From the IMG/VR virus record IMGVR_UViG_3300046167_000554, positions 64,001-128,000 of that record: a DNA stretch of 64,000 nt, one strand, 5' to 3'. The notes under the pieces are model-generated. The model had not been told where the DNA came from. It ran no database searches and worked only from the letters and a program-made list of their open reading frames with translations. Made by a program: the position numbers and the translations under genes. This DNA is from a virus. Every line of letters begins with the position of its first letter. Position 1 is the stretch's first letter. Below, in pieces: positions 10,361-21,550 of this stretch.

Positions 10361-11428
10361 ATGATGAGTTTTTATGGAGTCGTAGAAGATAGACATGACC
10401 CTATGAAGATAGGTAGAGTTCGTGTTCGTATACATGGAATTCACAATGCAGATAAAACACAAATTGCAACACCTGATTTACCATGGGCCCAAGTTCTACT
10501 ACCAACAACCTCAGCAGGTCTATCAGGATTTGGAACACAACATGGACTCGTAGAAGGGTCTACAGTATTTGGTTTCTTTAGAGATTCGTCTCAACAGAAC
10601 CCAATCATTACTGGAACAGTAGCAGGTATCCCACAAGAAGGATGGAAGGTTGACGTTACAGGTAAAGAAGTTGCACGTAGTGTGGAGACTGGGTTCAATG
10701 ACCCAAGAAGGGTTGGTGAAGGAATCAGTGCATATACAGATACTATTGATGGAGTTGCAACTACTGAAAACCCTAATAGAAGTTGGGGACTAGAAGTAGG
10801 ATTAGACGATTCTCCTCAGATACCCGAAAGTATATCATTAAATTACTATCCAAAAGCAGACAAGGAAACTGGTAAAACTCTTGAAGCTTCTACTATCACG
10901 GAACCAACAACCAAAGAAACACCTTACTACCCATTAGAGTTTGGAGTAAGTGATGTAGACATCCATGCAAGAGGTGAGATAACATATGCAGACAGAGACT
11001 TTTCTCTATTAGATAACATGTCTTATGTCACTAAAGCAAAACCAGTTTACCCATTCAATAAAACCCTGAAGACAGAGTCAGGACATCTACTTGAGTTAGA
11101 CGATACAGTAGGTGCAGAAAGAATATCAGTTGCACATAGGTCGGGAACATTCCATTCAATAGAACCCGATGGGTCACAAATGACTAGAATAGTCAATGAC
11201 CAATACACTGTAATATGCAAAGACAATGAAGTGCATATCGGTGGTAAAGTAAATGTTGTGATAATGGGTGACTCTAATATTAAGACATATGGTGATGTTA
11301 AATTGAAGGGTTATGGTAAAGGTGAGATTGATGTTACAGGAACAATGCTTATTAAGTCAGGTGATAACATGACTATTCAATCTGCAAAAGTATTGTCCCT
11401 AAAAGGTCAAGTCGTACAACAAGGATAA
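10361..11428 (+). CDS. gp5: Baseplate central spike gp5 (OB fold + beta-helix, no lysozyme)
   Basis: FYGVVEDRHDPMKIGRVRVRIHG, DLPWA, YPFNK..TESGH..ELDDT.GAERI..HRSGTF. Confidence 0.88.
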   Translation: MMSFYGVVEDRHDPMKIGRVRVRIHGIHNADKTQIATPDLPWAQVLLPTTSAGLSGFGTQHGLVEGSTVFGFFRDSSQQNPIITGTVAGIPQEGWKVDVTGKEVARSVETGFNDPRRVGEGISAYTDTIDGVATTENPNRSWGLEVGLDDSPQIPESISLNYYPKADKETGKTLEASTITEPTTKETPYYPLEFGVSDVDIHARGEITYADRDFSLLDNMSYVTKAKPVYPFNKTLKTESGHLLELDDTVGAERISVAHRSGTFHSIEPDGSQMTRIVNDQYTVICKDNEVHIGGKVNVVIMGDSNIKTYGDVKLKGYGKGEIDVTGTMLIKSGDNMTIQSAKVLSLKGQVVQQG

Positions 11429-11433
11429 TTATA

Positions 11434-13272
11434 ATGACAGAAGAAAAGGTAGTTGTTACACCAGGCTTAGTTGTAGCTGAAACTGCAAATGCATTGAAGG
11501 TTGTATTACCTACTGCACTTCCATGTCCGACTGAGGACATATTCTCTATACCTTCAGTAGAAGATTTACTAAAACCTCTTTTAGAAATTGCACAACTTCC
11601 CGAGAAGTTGGATGCAAAACTAGCTTTGATGAAGAAAGAGAAGGAAGAAGAGATAGTCCTACTCGTCAAGAAGTTGGAGAACCCCGACTTAACTGCAGAG
11701 GAAAGAGCTGCAATACTAGAAGAGATAAGAATTGCAGAAGACTATGTTGACAATGTTATTATGGGTGAACTCTTTGAACAGTTCAGAGACATAAAAAAAT
11801 CTATTGAAAAGTATTTTGATAAATTACAAAAACTACTTAGTCCATATTGGAAAGAGTCCGAAGGGAAGAAAAATTTACAACAGGAACTTACGGATGCTAT
11901 CGATGAGTTGGTTGCAGATTTTCATATGTATATTCCTAACAAAATATCAGAGTTGATAGGAAAAATTGTACCACTTAGTTTAACCATTAACATCCTAGGT
12001 TTATCAATTGATATTGTTAAATTGGTAACTACTCCTTCTTATAGGGATGAGATAACAGACCAAATAGCTGGGAAGAATTTTGTAACTCAAATTATATCTA
12101 AAAGAAAACGACTTGCAGAAGTTAACAAAGAGTTAATGAATGCAAAGAACATGACTATAGAACAAATTGAGACATTAGAGAAACAGAAAGAACAACTAGA
12201 AAAAGAAATCCTTGCACTAGAAGAAAAGAGACGTGCATGGGTTGATAAGTTTTTTAATTTAGTTCCTGATGCAATCAGGAAGTTTGATGGTAAACTCTCA
12301 GAACTTAATGAAGATAGAAAGGCAAAACTCACATGGGACTACATCAAAACAGAAATTAAAGAATGGGTTACGAATGCACATATAAAAGCATTAGAGAAAC
12401 TTATTGATTTGTTTGATGAGATATGGGACTTACTTGGATTACCCGAGTTACCAATATCATCTATACAAGAACTATTGACAATGGACATACCTGCGTTAAT
12501 AGAAAAGGTCAAAGCATCCCTAAAGAGAAAGTTTCAAACTACTGCTAGTGAACTTAGAGAAAAGATTGCAGAGATTGATAAGAAACTGGAAACTGAAACC
12601 GACCCTGCTACGATTGATAAACTAAACGAAGAGAAGAGAGAACTAGAACAGAAACTTTTAGATGAGAAAGGAAAGTATCTAAGACAATTGGAAGAAGCAG
12701 TACTTGGATTTGAGATACCAATTATAGGAATGACCATTGAGGAGATAATAGGAAAGGATACTCGTACTAATTCAACCCTTGAAGAAAGACTACAAAGATT
12801 TGAAGAAAGGTTAGTAGACTTCAAAGAGAACTGGCAACAGAAACTTCTCTTTGCATGGGTCAAGTTAATAAAGAAATTCCTACAAGCAATCGGATTAGGT
12901 AAGTTAATCGATATGTTATTGTTAACTATGTGTGACTTCCTAAACCTAATTGGAAATCCATTTGCAGCTATGATTACTATACCTAATTTAGATGGTATAA
13001 TAGATTCATCCACATACAAACCTACAGTTCGTGTTGCAAATAAGAGTGACAGTAGTCTAGACTCAACATTAAAGGCCTCAGATGGAACTGCATTGGGTAA
13101 TTCATTCCCTATCGATGGTAATAGTGGAGATTTATATGTATTTGTTAATGGAGTCAGACAAGTTGAGGGTTCTGCAGACAATGAGTTTAGTGTAGTTGGT
13201 AACAATATAGTTATGAACACATTATTAGATGAAGGTTTGGTTGTTTGTGCAATTAAGGTTCCAACTGATTAA
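11434..13272 (+). CDS. Hypothetical helical/coiled-coil virion protein
   Basis: 612 aa Glu/Lys/Leu-rich; C-terminal LYVFVNGVRQ fibre-type module. Confidence 0.6.
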   Translation: MTEEKVVVTPGLVVAETANALKVVLPTALPCPTEDIFSIPSVEDLLKPLLEIAQLPEKLDAKLALMKKEKEEEIVLLVKKLENPDLTAEERAAILEEIRIAEDYVDNVIMGELFEQFRDIKKSIEKYFDKLQKLLSPYWKESEGKKNLQQELTDAIDELVADFHMYIPNKISELIGKIVPLSLTINILGLSIDIVKLVTTPSYRDEITDQIAGKNFVTQIISKRKRLAEVNKELMNAKNMTIEQIETLEKQKEQLEKEILALEEKRRAWVDKFFNLVPDAIRKFDGKLSELNEDRKAKLTWDYIKTEIKEWVTNAHIKALEKLIDLFDEIWDLLGLPELPISSIQELLTMDIPALIEKVKASLKRKFQTTASELREKIAEIDKKLETETDPATIDKLNEEKRELEQKLLDEKGKYLRQLEEAVLGFEIPIIGMTIEEIIGKDTRTNSTLEERLQRFEERLVDFKENWQQKLLFAWVKLIKKFLQAIGLGKLIDMLLLTMCDFLNLIGNPFAAMITIPNLDGIIDSSTYKPTVRVANKSDSSLDSTLKASDGTALGNSFPIDGNSGDLYVFVNGVRQVEGSADNEFSVVGNNIVMNTLLDEGLVVCAIKVPTD

Positions 13273-13280
13273 CGGAGTGT

Positions 13281-13288
13281 TATAAATA
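13281..13288 (+). promoter_or_regulatory. Late promoter TATAAATA
   Basis: Intergenic, just upstream of gp25. Confidence 0.75.
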
Positions 13289-13293
13289 GAAGT

Positions 13294-13716
13294 ATGGCAG
13301 TTAATATTAAATCAGAAGGCAAGAATGTTGCAACTCCGAACAGGTATAAAGACTTAGATATTTTCTTTACACCTCATCCAGTCACGGGTGACATAACAGT
13401 AAAAACTGATACGGATGCAATAAGACGTTCTGTAAGAAACATAGTCCTAACCAATAAATATGAGAGACCATTTAAACCAAATTTTGGTGGTTCTCTTAGA
13501 GACATGTTGTTCGAATTGGACACTATGCCGAAAATTAGAAGGGTAAAAGAACGAATAGTAAAAACTGTAGAAACATTTGAACCTAGAGTTAATAACGTAT
13601 CAGTAATATTAGAAGAGAGTCAAAATACAAACACAATTAGATGTACTATATTCTATAATATCAACAATAGTGTATCTAATCAGAGAGTAGAATTCACACT
13701 AACAAGGGCAAGATAA
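13294..13716 (+). CDS. gp25: Baseplate wedge subunit gp25
   Basis: YKDLD..F..HP, AIRRSVRNIVLT..ERPF.P.FG, FEPRV. Confidence 0.92.
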   Translation: MAVNIKSEGKNVATPNRYKDLDIFFTPHPVTGDITVKTDTDAIRRSVRNIVLTNKYERPFKPNFGGSLRDMLFELDTMPKIRRVKERIVKTVETFEPRVNNVSVILEESQNTNTIRCTIFYNINNSVSNQRVEFTLTRAR

Positions 13717-15588
13717 TGGCAGTAAACAGTTCACAAATAAACGTAACAGATTTAGACTTCGATAGTATCTCTGATAATCTTAAAAACTATCTTAAAGGAC
13801 AGGACAAATTTAAAGACTATGACTTTGAAGGGTCTAGTATGTCTGTTCTTATTGACTTACTTTCATATGCATCACATATCGGTGCAGTGAACACTAATAT
13901 TGCAGCCTCAGAATTATTTTTAGACTCTGCACAATTAAGAAAGAATGTAGTGTCTCGTGCAAAGGATTTAGGTTTTACACCTGCTTCGGAAGTGTGTGCA
14001 AGTGCAACAGTAGATGTAACAATTAATGATGTTAGAAACCCTGATGGAACTTACCCGACACCCACTCAGATGACTATGCCTAGAGGAACTATTTTCTCTA
14101 CAACCTTTGATGGAGTTAACTACTACTTTGTGGTTACATCTTCAGCATTACCATCACAAAATAACACAACTTTCTTGTATTCAATGGTAGAAATAGTCCA
14201 AGGGACATATGCAACAGACCAATACGTGGTAGATACACAAATCAAAAACAATAAGTTTGTGTTATCAAATGGAAGAGTAGACAAAGCAAGAATGGTAGTA
14301 AGTGTAAATTCAGGTGGTGTATCTGAAACTTTTGCACTTGCAACAGATGTATCTGCAATCAAATCTACTACAGCAGTTTACTACACTCAAGAAAACGAAG
14401 ATGGATTTACCGAAATATATTTTGGTGACGGAGTACTAGGTAAAAAACTACTAGATGGTGATATCATAAGTGCAACATACATTATCGTAGATGCACAACA
14501 CGCTAATGGTGCAAAAAGATTTGCACAACAAACTGCAATCAATAGTTATGCAAGTTCAACTGTAATCACTACTGTAAATGCAAATGGTGGTGCAGAGAAA
14601 GAAAGTATAGAGTCAATCAAGTTTAAGGCAAACAAATTTTACACTTCACAAAACAGATTGGTAACCCTTAACGACTACAAAGCAAAAGTACAAGAGTATT
14701 ATCCGAATGCAGATGCAGTTGCAGTATGGGGTGGTGAAGACAATGACCCACCAGTATATGGTAAAGTATTCGTTGCACTTAAACCTAAGAATGCAGATTA
14801 CTTATCAGAAACAGAGAAGAAACAAATTAAAGGTCAACTTAACAAATTAAACATGTTAACTGTTAGACCCGAATTGATTGACCCCGAAATTGTTAAGATA
14901 CTTATCTCAACAGTATTCAAGTATGATGCATCTAAGACAGATTTATCAATAGGTGAATTGCAAACATTAGTAACTGGTGCAATCAATGAGTTTGATAATA
15001 CAAACCTAAAAGACTTTGATGCAGTATTCAGACATTCAAATCTATTGAAAGCAATTGACGATGCAGACAATTCAGTTCTATCCAATATTACAAACATTAG
15101 ACTTAGGAAAGCAGCCCAAGCTAAGATTAATCAAGAAGTAGGTTATACAGTAGACTTTGGTAATGGATTCAATAATCCCCATTCAGGACACAATAAGGAT
15201 GCTGGTGGTATTACAACTACTACTGGTTTCATGGTATCGGGAGATTCAGTCAACACACAATATTATGACGATGATGGAAGTGGTAACCTAAGACGTTACT
15301 ATCTATCAGGGTCAACAAGAGTTTATCAGGATAATGAATGCTGGAACAGTGGATTATTCTAAAGGAAAGATTTCAATCAATGCCATCATGTTTACCTCAA
15401 CAGTAAACGTTGATAGTACGATTGACTTTACAGTTATCCCATCAGGTAACGATGTAGTTGCAATTAGAGGTTCTCTAATTGACATATCAACATCTGATGT
15501 TAAGGTAACTGCTGAAGTAGACACCATCGCAAGTGGTGAAAGTAGTGCTGGAGTTGGGTATACATCCACCTCTAGTAGTTCATATTAA
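13716..15588 (+). CDS. gp6: Baseplate wedge subunit gp6 (frameshift near 15340)
   Basis: LDFDSI..NLK.YL, FKDYDFEGS, FLDSAQLR, FGDGVLGK, QNRLVT..DY, WGGEDNDPP.YGKV; C-term GTVDYSKG in next frame. Confidence 0.9.
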
Positions 15589-15671
15589 TATGAATAAAGT
15601 GGTCTGAGATGGTAGGTTCCATGCTCAGAGTAAGCATTCCATTAACTTGGTTTTTATAGGAGAAAAACAAA

Positions 15672-16148
15672 ATGGCAGATAAAAAAATAAGTGCATTAAC
15701 ATCAGTTTCAGATAGTGATATCGGTGCAGATGATTTATTACACATTGTAGATAACCCAGGCGGAACACCTGTAAACAAGAAGATGACTATTGGTCAACTT
15801 TTTGAAAACATTCCAACTCACCTTGCAGTTGACGACATTACAACTTTGTCTTCAACAGCAGCAGCTAACCTTGCTAGTTCTTTTGCATCTGCATTAGACC
15901 TTTCAGGTGCTGGTAGTGATATTGCGTTTACATTAGATGACGGAACAGACGTAGGTCAGTTAAAAATCATCTATATGAAAACTGCACCAGCTGGTTCGTA
16001 TATGGCTGACATCACAGTAGAATCATGGGGATATTCCTCAGATGAAACTGAACAGATTAAGTTAAATGCGTTAGGTGATGCAGTAATATGTTTTTGGGAT
16101 GGTTCCAAATGGTTCCCTATCACAAATCATGGTGCAACATTAACTTAA
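15672..16148 (+). CDS. Small virion/fibre-associated protein
   Basis: MADKKISALT N-terminus, strong RBS, beta-rich. Confidence 0.55.
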   Translation: MADKKISALTSVSDSDIGADDLLHIVDNPGGTPVNKKMTIGQLFENIPTHLAVDDITTLSSTAAANLASSFASALDLSGAGSDIAFTLDDGTDVGQLKIIYMKTAPAGSYMADITVESWGYSSDETEQIKLNALGDAVICFWDGSKWFPITNHGATLT

Positions 16149-16164
16149 TATAGGATAACCATAA

Positions 16165-19100
16165 ATGTCACATACAGATTATGTCAGTGAACGTTTAAGT
16201 CACAGACTTCCAACTTTATTACCCGAGTATTTAAAGGAAGAAGCACCTGCGTTTGAACAATTCATCCGTGCATATTTTGAATTCTTAGAAGCAGAGATAA
16301 TTACTCTAGATTCTCAGAGTGACATTGATGGTATTTTATTAGAAGACAGTCAGGGTTCCATCTTTTTGGAACCCGAAACTGTTGGTGCAACACCCGACAG
16401 AGAAATTTCCAAGATTGTCAATGAGGCATCTATTGGAAACACTAATTCAACTGCAGACCCATATGTTGTCGGAGAGTACATCTTCGGAAAGACAACAGGT
16501 GCAGTTGCACGTATTGAAGTCATTAATAAAAATGTCTTATACGTCAAATCAATTTCAGGAAATGGTTTTAAAAGTAATGAAACCATTGAAGGTAGGAACA
16601 CAAAACAAACTGCAGTAATTAAAACATACAAAGAAAATTCTATACTTGCAAATAACAAGTTACTAGACTATTCGGATATCGACCATACTTCAGAAGAGTT
16701 TCTACAATATTACCAAAACGACTTTATTCCATCATTAGATTTATCATCTACACAGAATAAACGTCTTACAGTTAAAAATATAAACGACCTTTATCAAAAG
16801 AAAGGTACTGCAGAGTCTTTACAATTCTTAATGAGAATAATGTTTGGACAGGATGCAGAGGTCAGATATCCAATTGACGAGACATCACATGTCTCCGAAT
16901 CAGATTACAGTCAAAGAAGAAGGATGGTGGTTCAACTAACGAACTCAAACCTACTTCCAAAGTCAACAGATAAAATACAACACCTAAGAAGTTCAGATTC
17001 GTTTGTTCTTGCAGAGTCTATTATAGAACAGGTGTTTACCTTAGACGCTGCAGAAGGTATCTATTCATTAGAGATAATGGATAACCATGTTGGAACCTTT
17101 GAGAAAGGTGTATTCGTTACATTCCTTGACAGAGACGGAATAACAGAGTATACTGGTACAACATTAGGTGTAATAAATGGAGTAGATTTCAATGAGTCGT
17201 CCATCTACATCGAACATGATGATAGTGGAGTCATATCTACCGAAGATGGTGATGGTATTCTGTTTGAAGAAACAGGTGCTGGTTCACTATACACATTAAA
17301 TGATAGGATTAATTTTGTTGGTCAGAAACTAGACTCAGGTGTAGTTGAAGCAAAATCAATAGTCGATGGTATCACTTCAGGTGGTGTCGAACACATATAC
17401 ATTGAAGATGGTGGAACAGGTTTCCATAACACTTATAGTGCAACAACTAAAGGAACAGTTGATAGCATGAGGTCAGAGGATGGTGAAGACTATGTTGTCA
17501 TGGAAGACAGTGCAAACATCATTACCGAAACCTCTAAAGCATCTACACTAGTATCATTTGACAGTGCATTAGACACTGCAATAAAAGAAGGACACACTGT
17601 ATTTGGAACTAATGTAGATACAGTAAAAGTAGTTTCCATTGCAGACGATAGAAAATCTATAGTAGTTTCCAAACCAATATCTTTATCTACCGACTCTATA
17701 ATTCAAGTCGGTCTACCTCAAATGGTAGTGTTTGATAATACAGATACAGGTGGTTCGGGTGCAGAGGCCTTTATCGGTTCGGTTGGTGATGAAGTAATAC
17801 AAGAGAATGCATCACACTATGGTCAGTTTACATATACTGCAACTGCAAACCAAACACTATTCAATGGTAAAGATGATTTAAATAGAAGAATGTTCTTCAA
17901 TGATGGAACAGTTCAAGTGTTTGTTGATGGTGTAAAGAGAGACCCGTTAAATGCAACATCGGGTTATACACATAAGAACGATAGAGTGACATTTATCAAT
18001 GGTTTATCAGCAGGTGCAATAGTAGACATATACAGAGAGTTCAATAACGTCTTATACGAAGACGGAACACGAATGAACTTAGAAACTACTGAATCTAATA
18101 TCAGAAGTATCTTCATAAACAACCAAGGAACAGGTTATAAAATAGTTCCTAAAGTATATACAGGTGGTTACATCTACTTTAAAACTTCTGCAGAAGTAAA
18201 TCAATATGAAAAAGCAGAAGGTCTAACAGGTGGTACATCAAATGCAACTGGTAAAGTATTAAGACTTGAACCCAACAATAAGAGAATAGTAGTATCAAGA
18301 GACTCAACAGATACAGGAACCTTTGTAGCAGGTGAGATAATTAACGGAACAACTGCAGTCAATGTTGCAACTCAAGTCAATGTAACTAGTGGAACTGGTG
18401 CAAAGATATTTGCATGGTCAAGTAAGATTGGTGGTATTACCTCAGTCAACTTTGAAAGTCAAGGATATAACTTTGATTCAAATGGTGTGTTAGGTTCATC
18501 TTCACAACATAATATGTTGATTGAAACACCGACTGCAATTCCAACAAAAGATTTAGTACTAACTGGACAAGTATCAGGAACAACTGCAACTGCAGTATCT
18601 TATGATGCAGATAGACACATACTAAAATACTCATCATTAAATGGAGAGTTTGTTGATGGTGAACAAGTAAAATACAACAATACAGATTATTTTCATATCC
18701 TAAAAACACAAAGATTTAATGGTCAAGGTGTTATGGGTGGTGAAGGTATTATAGAAAGACAGTTCTTAGGAGATAGAGGTCAAGCAAGTTCAAGTGTTGC
18801 AAATATACAAGATGGATATCTCTATCAATCTCACTCATATGTTATCAAAGTCGGTGAGTCTATTAACAAATACAGGTCAGCAGTTAAAGACCTACTTCAC
18901 CCAGCAGGACACATCTTCTTTGGTGAGGTTGCAATTAAGAATAATATATCTGCAGTACCTGAAAATCAATTTAAATTTGTACCTACCATTGTAATATATG
19001 GAGAACCTACACTAGGTGTTGCAAATGCATTTACAAATTCAAGTAGAAGAATACAGTTATACACACTAGACTCTGAAATGAATGACCCACTTGTTGTTCT

Positions 19101-19989
19101 TAGAGCATGTGGGGTTCCCTCACCCGAAACAAACCCTGTAACTGGGGGTGCAATTCTACCATATCAGAAAGTTAATGGTGTAGAAAGTGGTAGAGGAACA
19201 GAAGTCGGAGACTCTATGATGAGAAGTCGTCATATGAACATTCTGAAAATTGTATCTAAGAATATGGCAATAACCCAGTCTTCACCAAGAATTGATGGAG
19301 TAATGTCAGTATTAAATATTGCAACTGCAAATAATGGTTATCTTAGAGTTGAAACCGAGAGAAGACCATCCGACCAAGGTAAGGTATTCCAAATATGGGA
19401 ACCTAACAATGAAGTGTTAATCCTTGAAAGTGGTGGACTTATAGAACTTGAAGAAGAGGCTTGCATCTTAAGGTTTGAACCCGATAAGGATGCAGAAGTT
19501 AAAGGTGACTATGGTGAGAGAATCATATCCGAGGATGGAACAGAACTTTTACGTTTAGAAAGTGCAACAACAGTTGAACCAGTACACTACTTTACGTCAG
19601 AAAGAAACATTGAGTACACTGGAAAGTATATGTATTTTGAAGACCACGATAGGATTGTATCTGAAAGTGGTGAACCAATCATCCAAGACGACAGTAGTGG
19701 TGGAAATTTATCATCATTCGTTCCACTTGGTAGTACAATTAGAACTATAAATACAATTGCAAGACAAAATACATATGATATATCATATTATTTGAAAGAT
19801 GAAACTAACAATGACGATATTGTATTAGAAGATGGAAGTGGTAATGTAATGGTTGAAGGTGCAAAGTCCGAAGGACTCAAAATATCCGACCTAGACAACA
19901 TGTATCCGAAGTTTTACATAGCGGATTATGAAAATCATCAAAGAAAAAGAACAAATTTAACATTTAGTGCATATATAAAGTCTGCATAG
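16165..19989 (+). CDS. gp7: Baseplate wedge initiator gp7-like
   Basis: LPEYL..F..FIRAYFEFLE, LYQKKGT.ES..FL, IQDGYLYQSHSYVIK..YR..VK.LLHPAG. Confidence 0.8.
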   Translation: MSHTDYVSERLSHRLPTLLPEYLKEEAPAFEQFIRAYFEFLEAEIITLDSQSDIDGILLEDSQGSIFLEPETVGATPDREISKIVNEASIGNTNSTADPYVVGEYIFGKTTGAVARIEVINKNVLYVKSISGNGFKSNETIEGRNTKQTAVIKTYKENSILANNKLLDYSDIDHTSEEFLQYYQNDFIPSLDLSSTQNKRLTVKNINDLYQKKGTAESLQFLMRIMFGQDAEVRYPIDETSHVSESDYSQRRRMVVQLTNSNLLPKSTDKIQHLRSSDSFVLAESIIEQVFTLDAAEGIYSLEIMDNHVGTFEKGVFVTFLDRDGITEYTGTTLGVINGVDFNESSIYIEHDDSGVISTEDGDGILFEETGAGSLYTLNDRINFVGQKLDSGVVEAKSIVDGITSGGVEHIYIEDGGTGFHNTYSATTKGTVDSMRSEDGEDYVVMEDSANIITETSKASTLVSFDSALDTAIKEGHTVFGTNVDTVKVVSIADDRKSIVVSKPISLSTDSIIQVGLPQMVVFDNTDTGGSGAEAFIGSVGDEVIQENASHYGQFTYTATANQTLFNGKDDLNRRMFFNDGTVQVFVDGVKRDPLNATSGYTHKNDRVTFINGLSAGAIVDIYREFNNVLYEDGTRMNLETTESNIRSIFINNQGTGYKIVPKVYTGGYIYFKTSAEVNQYEKAEGLTGGTSNATGKVLRLEPNNKRIVVSRDSTDTGTFVAGEIINGTTAVNVATQVNVTSGTGAKIFAWSSKIGGITSVNFESQGYNFDSNGVLGSSSQHNMLIETPTAIPTKDLVLTGQVSGTTATAVSYDADRHILKYSSLNGEFVDGEQVKYNNTDYFHILKTQRFNGQGVMGGEGIIERQFLGDRGQASSSVANIQDGYLYQSHSYVIKVGESINKYRSAVKDLLHPAGHIFFGEVAIKNNISAVPENQFKFVPTIVIYGEPTLGVANAFTNSSRRIQLYTLDSEMNDPLVVLRACGVPSPETNPVTGGAILPYQKVNGVESGRGTEVGDSMMRSRHMNILKIVSKNMAITQSSPRIDGVMSVLNIATANNGYLRVETERRPSDQGKVFQIWEPNNEVLILESGGLIELEEEACILRFEPDKDAEVKGDYGERIISEDGTELLRLESATTVEPVHYFTSERNIEYTGKYMYFEDHDRIVSESGEPIIQDDSSGGNLSSFVPLGSTIRTINTIARQNTYDISYYLKDETNNDDIVLEDGSGNVMVEGAKSEGLKISDLDNMYPKFYIADYENHQRKRTNLTFSAYIKSA

Positions 19990-19992
19990 TGT

Positions 19993-20000
19993 TATAAATA
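19993..20000 (+). promoter_or_regulatory. Late promoter TATAAATA
   Basis: Intergenic, upstream of gp8. Confidence 0.75.
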
Positions 20001-20029
20001 GTATTAAATATCTTAGGAGATAAAATAAA

Positions 20030-21508
20030 ATGGCAGCAATAATTACAGAAAAGTTTAGAGTACATAACGCTAGACAATTCAAAGAAGATTTTGGAGAGGC
20101 AGCTTCAAACACTTACATATTCATAGGACGTTCATACCCATGGACTGATGATACAGTTCCACCAACACCTGCCAATGCAGTTGGTGAAGAAATCGATGCA
20201 TGGTCAGATATGATTGCAATGAAGGAAGTAACTTCTGCAGATGTATCCCATGGTTTAACAAGATATGATTGGGACATCAATGGTGCAACTAAGTATGATG
20301 AATACTCACATGATGTTTCAGCTGCAAATCCATCATCAGCTACAAGTGCAACTAACTTGTATGATGCAAGATTCTTTGTTATAACAGAAGACTACAATGT
20401 ATACAAATGTATTAGAAGTGGAAGAAATAGTTCAGGTGTTGTTGTTAACTCAACAGAAAAACCTTCAGGAACTAGTCCAACTTCTCTAGTAACAACAACT
20501 GATACCGACGCTGCCGCGGGTAGAGGTTATATTTGGAAATACATGTATACTGTAACTGCATCAGATACAATCAAATTTGTAACAAACGACTTCATTCCAA
20601 TTAAAACACTGGGTGCTCAAACAGAAATCAATGGTGATTTAGGTGCATTCGGTTCAGCAGGAACAGATGATGGTTCTGCACAATACGATGTTGAAAACCA
20701 AGCAGTTGATGGTGCAGTTCACCATGTACACGTAAGTGCAGCTGGTTCAGGTTACGTTGGAAACAGTGGAACACATAACTACACTGGTATAACTATCGAT
20801 GGAGATGGTTCAGGTGGACTATGTACAGTTCACGTTGTATCAGAACAGGTTTCACATATTACAGTAACAACGCCAGGAACAGGATATAAACGTGCATCAA
20901 TTGATATTGCAAATATATCAGGTATCGGTAGTGGTAGTGGTGCAAGTGCAAAAGTTATTATCTCTCCTTTATATGGACATGGTGCAGACCCAGTTTCAGA
21001 ACTAGGTGGAAACTATGTAATCGTAAACTCAAGATTAGAGTTTGCTGAAGGTTCAGGTGACTTCCCAACAGACAATGATTTCAGAAGAGTTGGTTTAATA
21101 CAAGACCCATTCAATGTTGGAACAACAACAGTTGCAACAGCATCTACATTGACTGCATATAACCAGTTCTCATGTTCAAGTGTTGCATCTTTAAGTATTG
21201 ATGATACTATATTGAATGCAAACTCAAATGGAGCTGCAGTTGCAGTTGCAAAGGTTGTGTCATTAAGTACTTCAGGAAACATAGTTAAGTACACTACTAT
21301 CGCAAATAATGGTGGTGAGTATGTAAACTTTACAAATGGTGACCAAGTTTATGTAGATGGTTCAAGTGTTGCAACAACAGTAGCACTAAGTGCATCACAT
21401 CCCGAAGTTCAAAGATATTCAGGTGAAATCATGTATATTGAAAACAGAGGTGCAGTGACTAGAGCAGCTGACCAAATCGAAGATATTAAATTAATTATAG
21501 AAATGTAA
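20030..21508 (+). CDS. gp8: Baseplate wedge subunit gp8
   Basis: MAAIITEKFR, YNVYKCI, GYIWKYMY, GHGADPVSELG, SGEIMYIENR...QIEDIK. Confidence 0.88.
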   Translation: MAAIITEKFRVHNARQFKEDFGEAASNTYIFIGRSYPWTDDTVPPTPANAVGEEIDAWSDMIAMKEVTSADVSHGLTRYDWDINGATKYDEYSHDVSAANPSSATSATNLYDARFFVITEDYNVYKCIRSGRNSSGVVVNSTEKPSGTSPTSLVTTTDTDAAAGRGYIWKYMYTVTASDTIKFVTNDFIPIKTLGAQTEINGDLGAFGSAGTDDGSAQYDVENQAVDGAVHHVHVSAAGSGYVGNSGTHNYTGITIDGDGSGGLCTVHVVSEQVSHITVTTPGTGYKRASIDIANISGIGSGSGASAKVIISPLYGHGADPVSELGGNYVIVNSRLEFAEGSGDFPTDNDFRRVGLIQDPFNVGTTTVATASTLTAYNQFSCSSVASLSIDDTILNANSNGAAVAVAKVVSLSTSGNIVKYTTIANNGGEYVNFTNGDQVYVDGSSVATTVALSASHPEVQRYSGEIMYIENRGAVTRAADQIEDIKLIIEM

Positions 21509-21550
21509 TTTACGGGGTTCTTAGAACCCCAACAAACAATTGGAAATACT

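Noticed and set aside
10160-11428. Genuine hub-gp5 fusion
   Set aside because: gp5 motifs start at 10361 after a GAGG; the region is indel-rich, so the fusion is probably artefactual
21514-21530. Terminator after gp8 (GGGGTTC..GAACCCC)
   Set aside because: Hairpin lacks a U tract; may be a processing or stability stem
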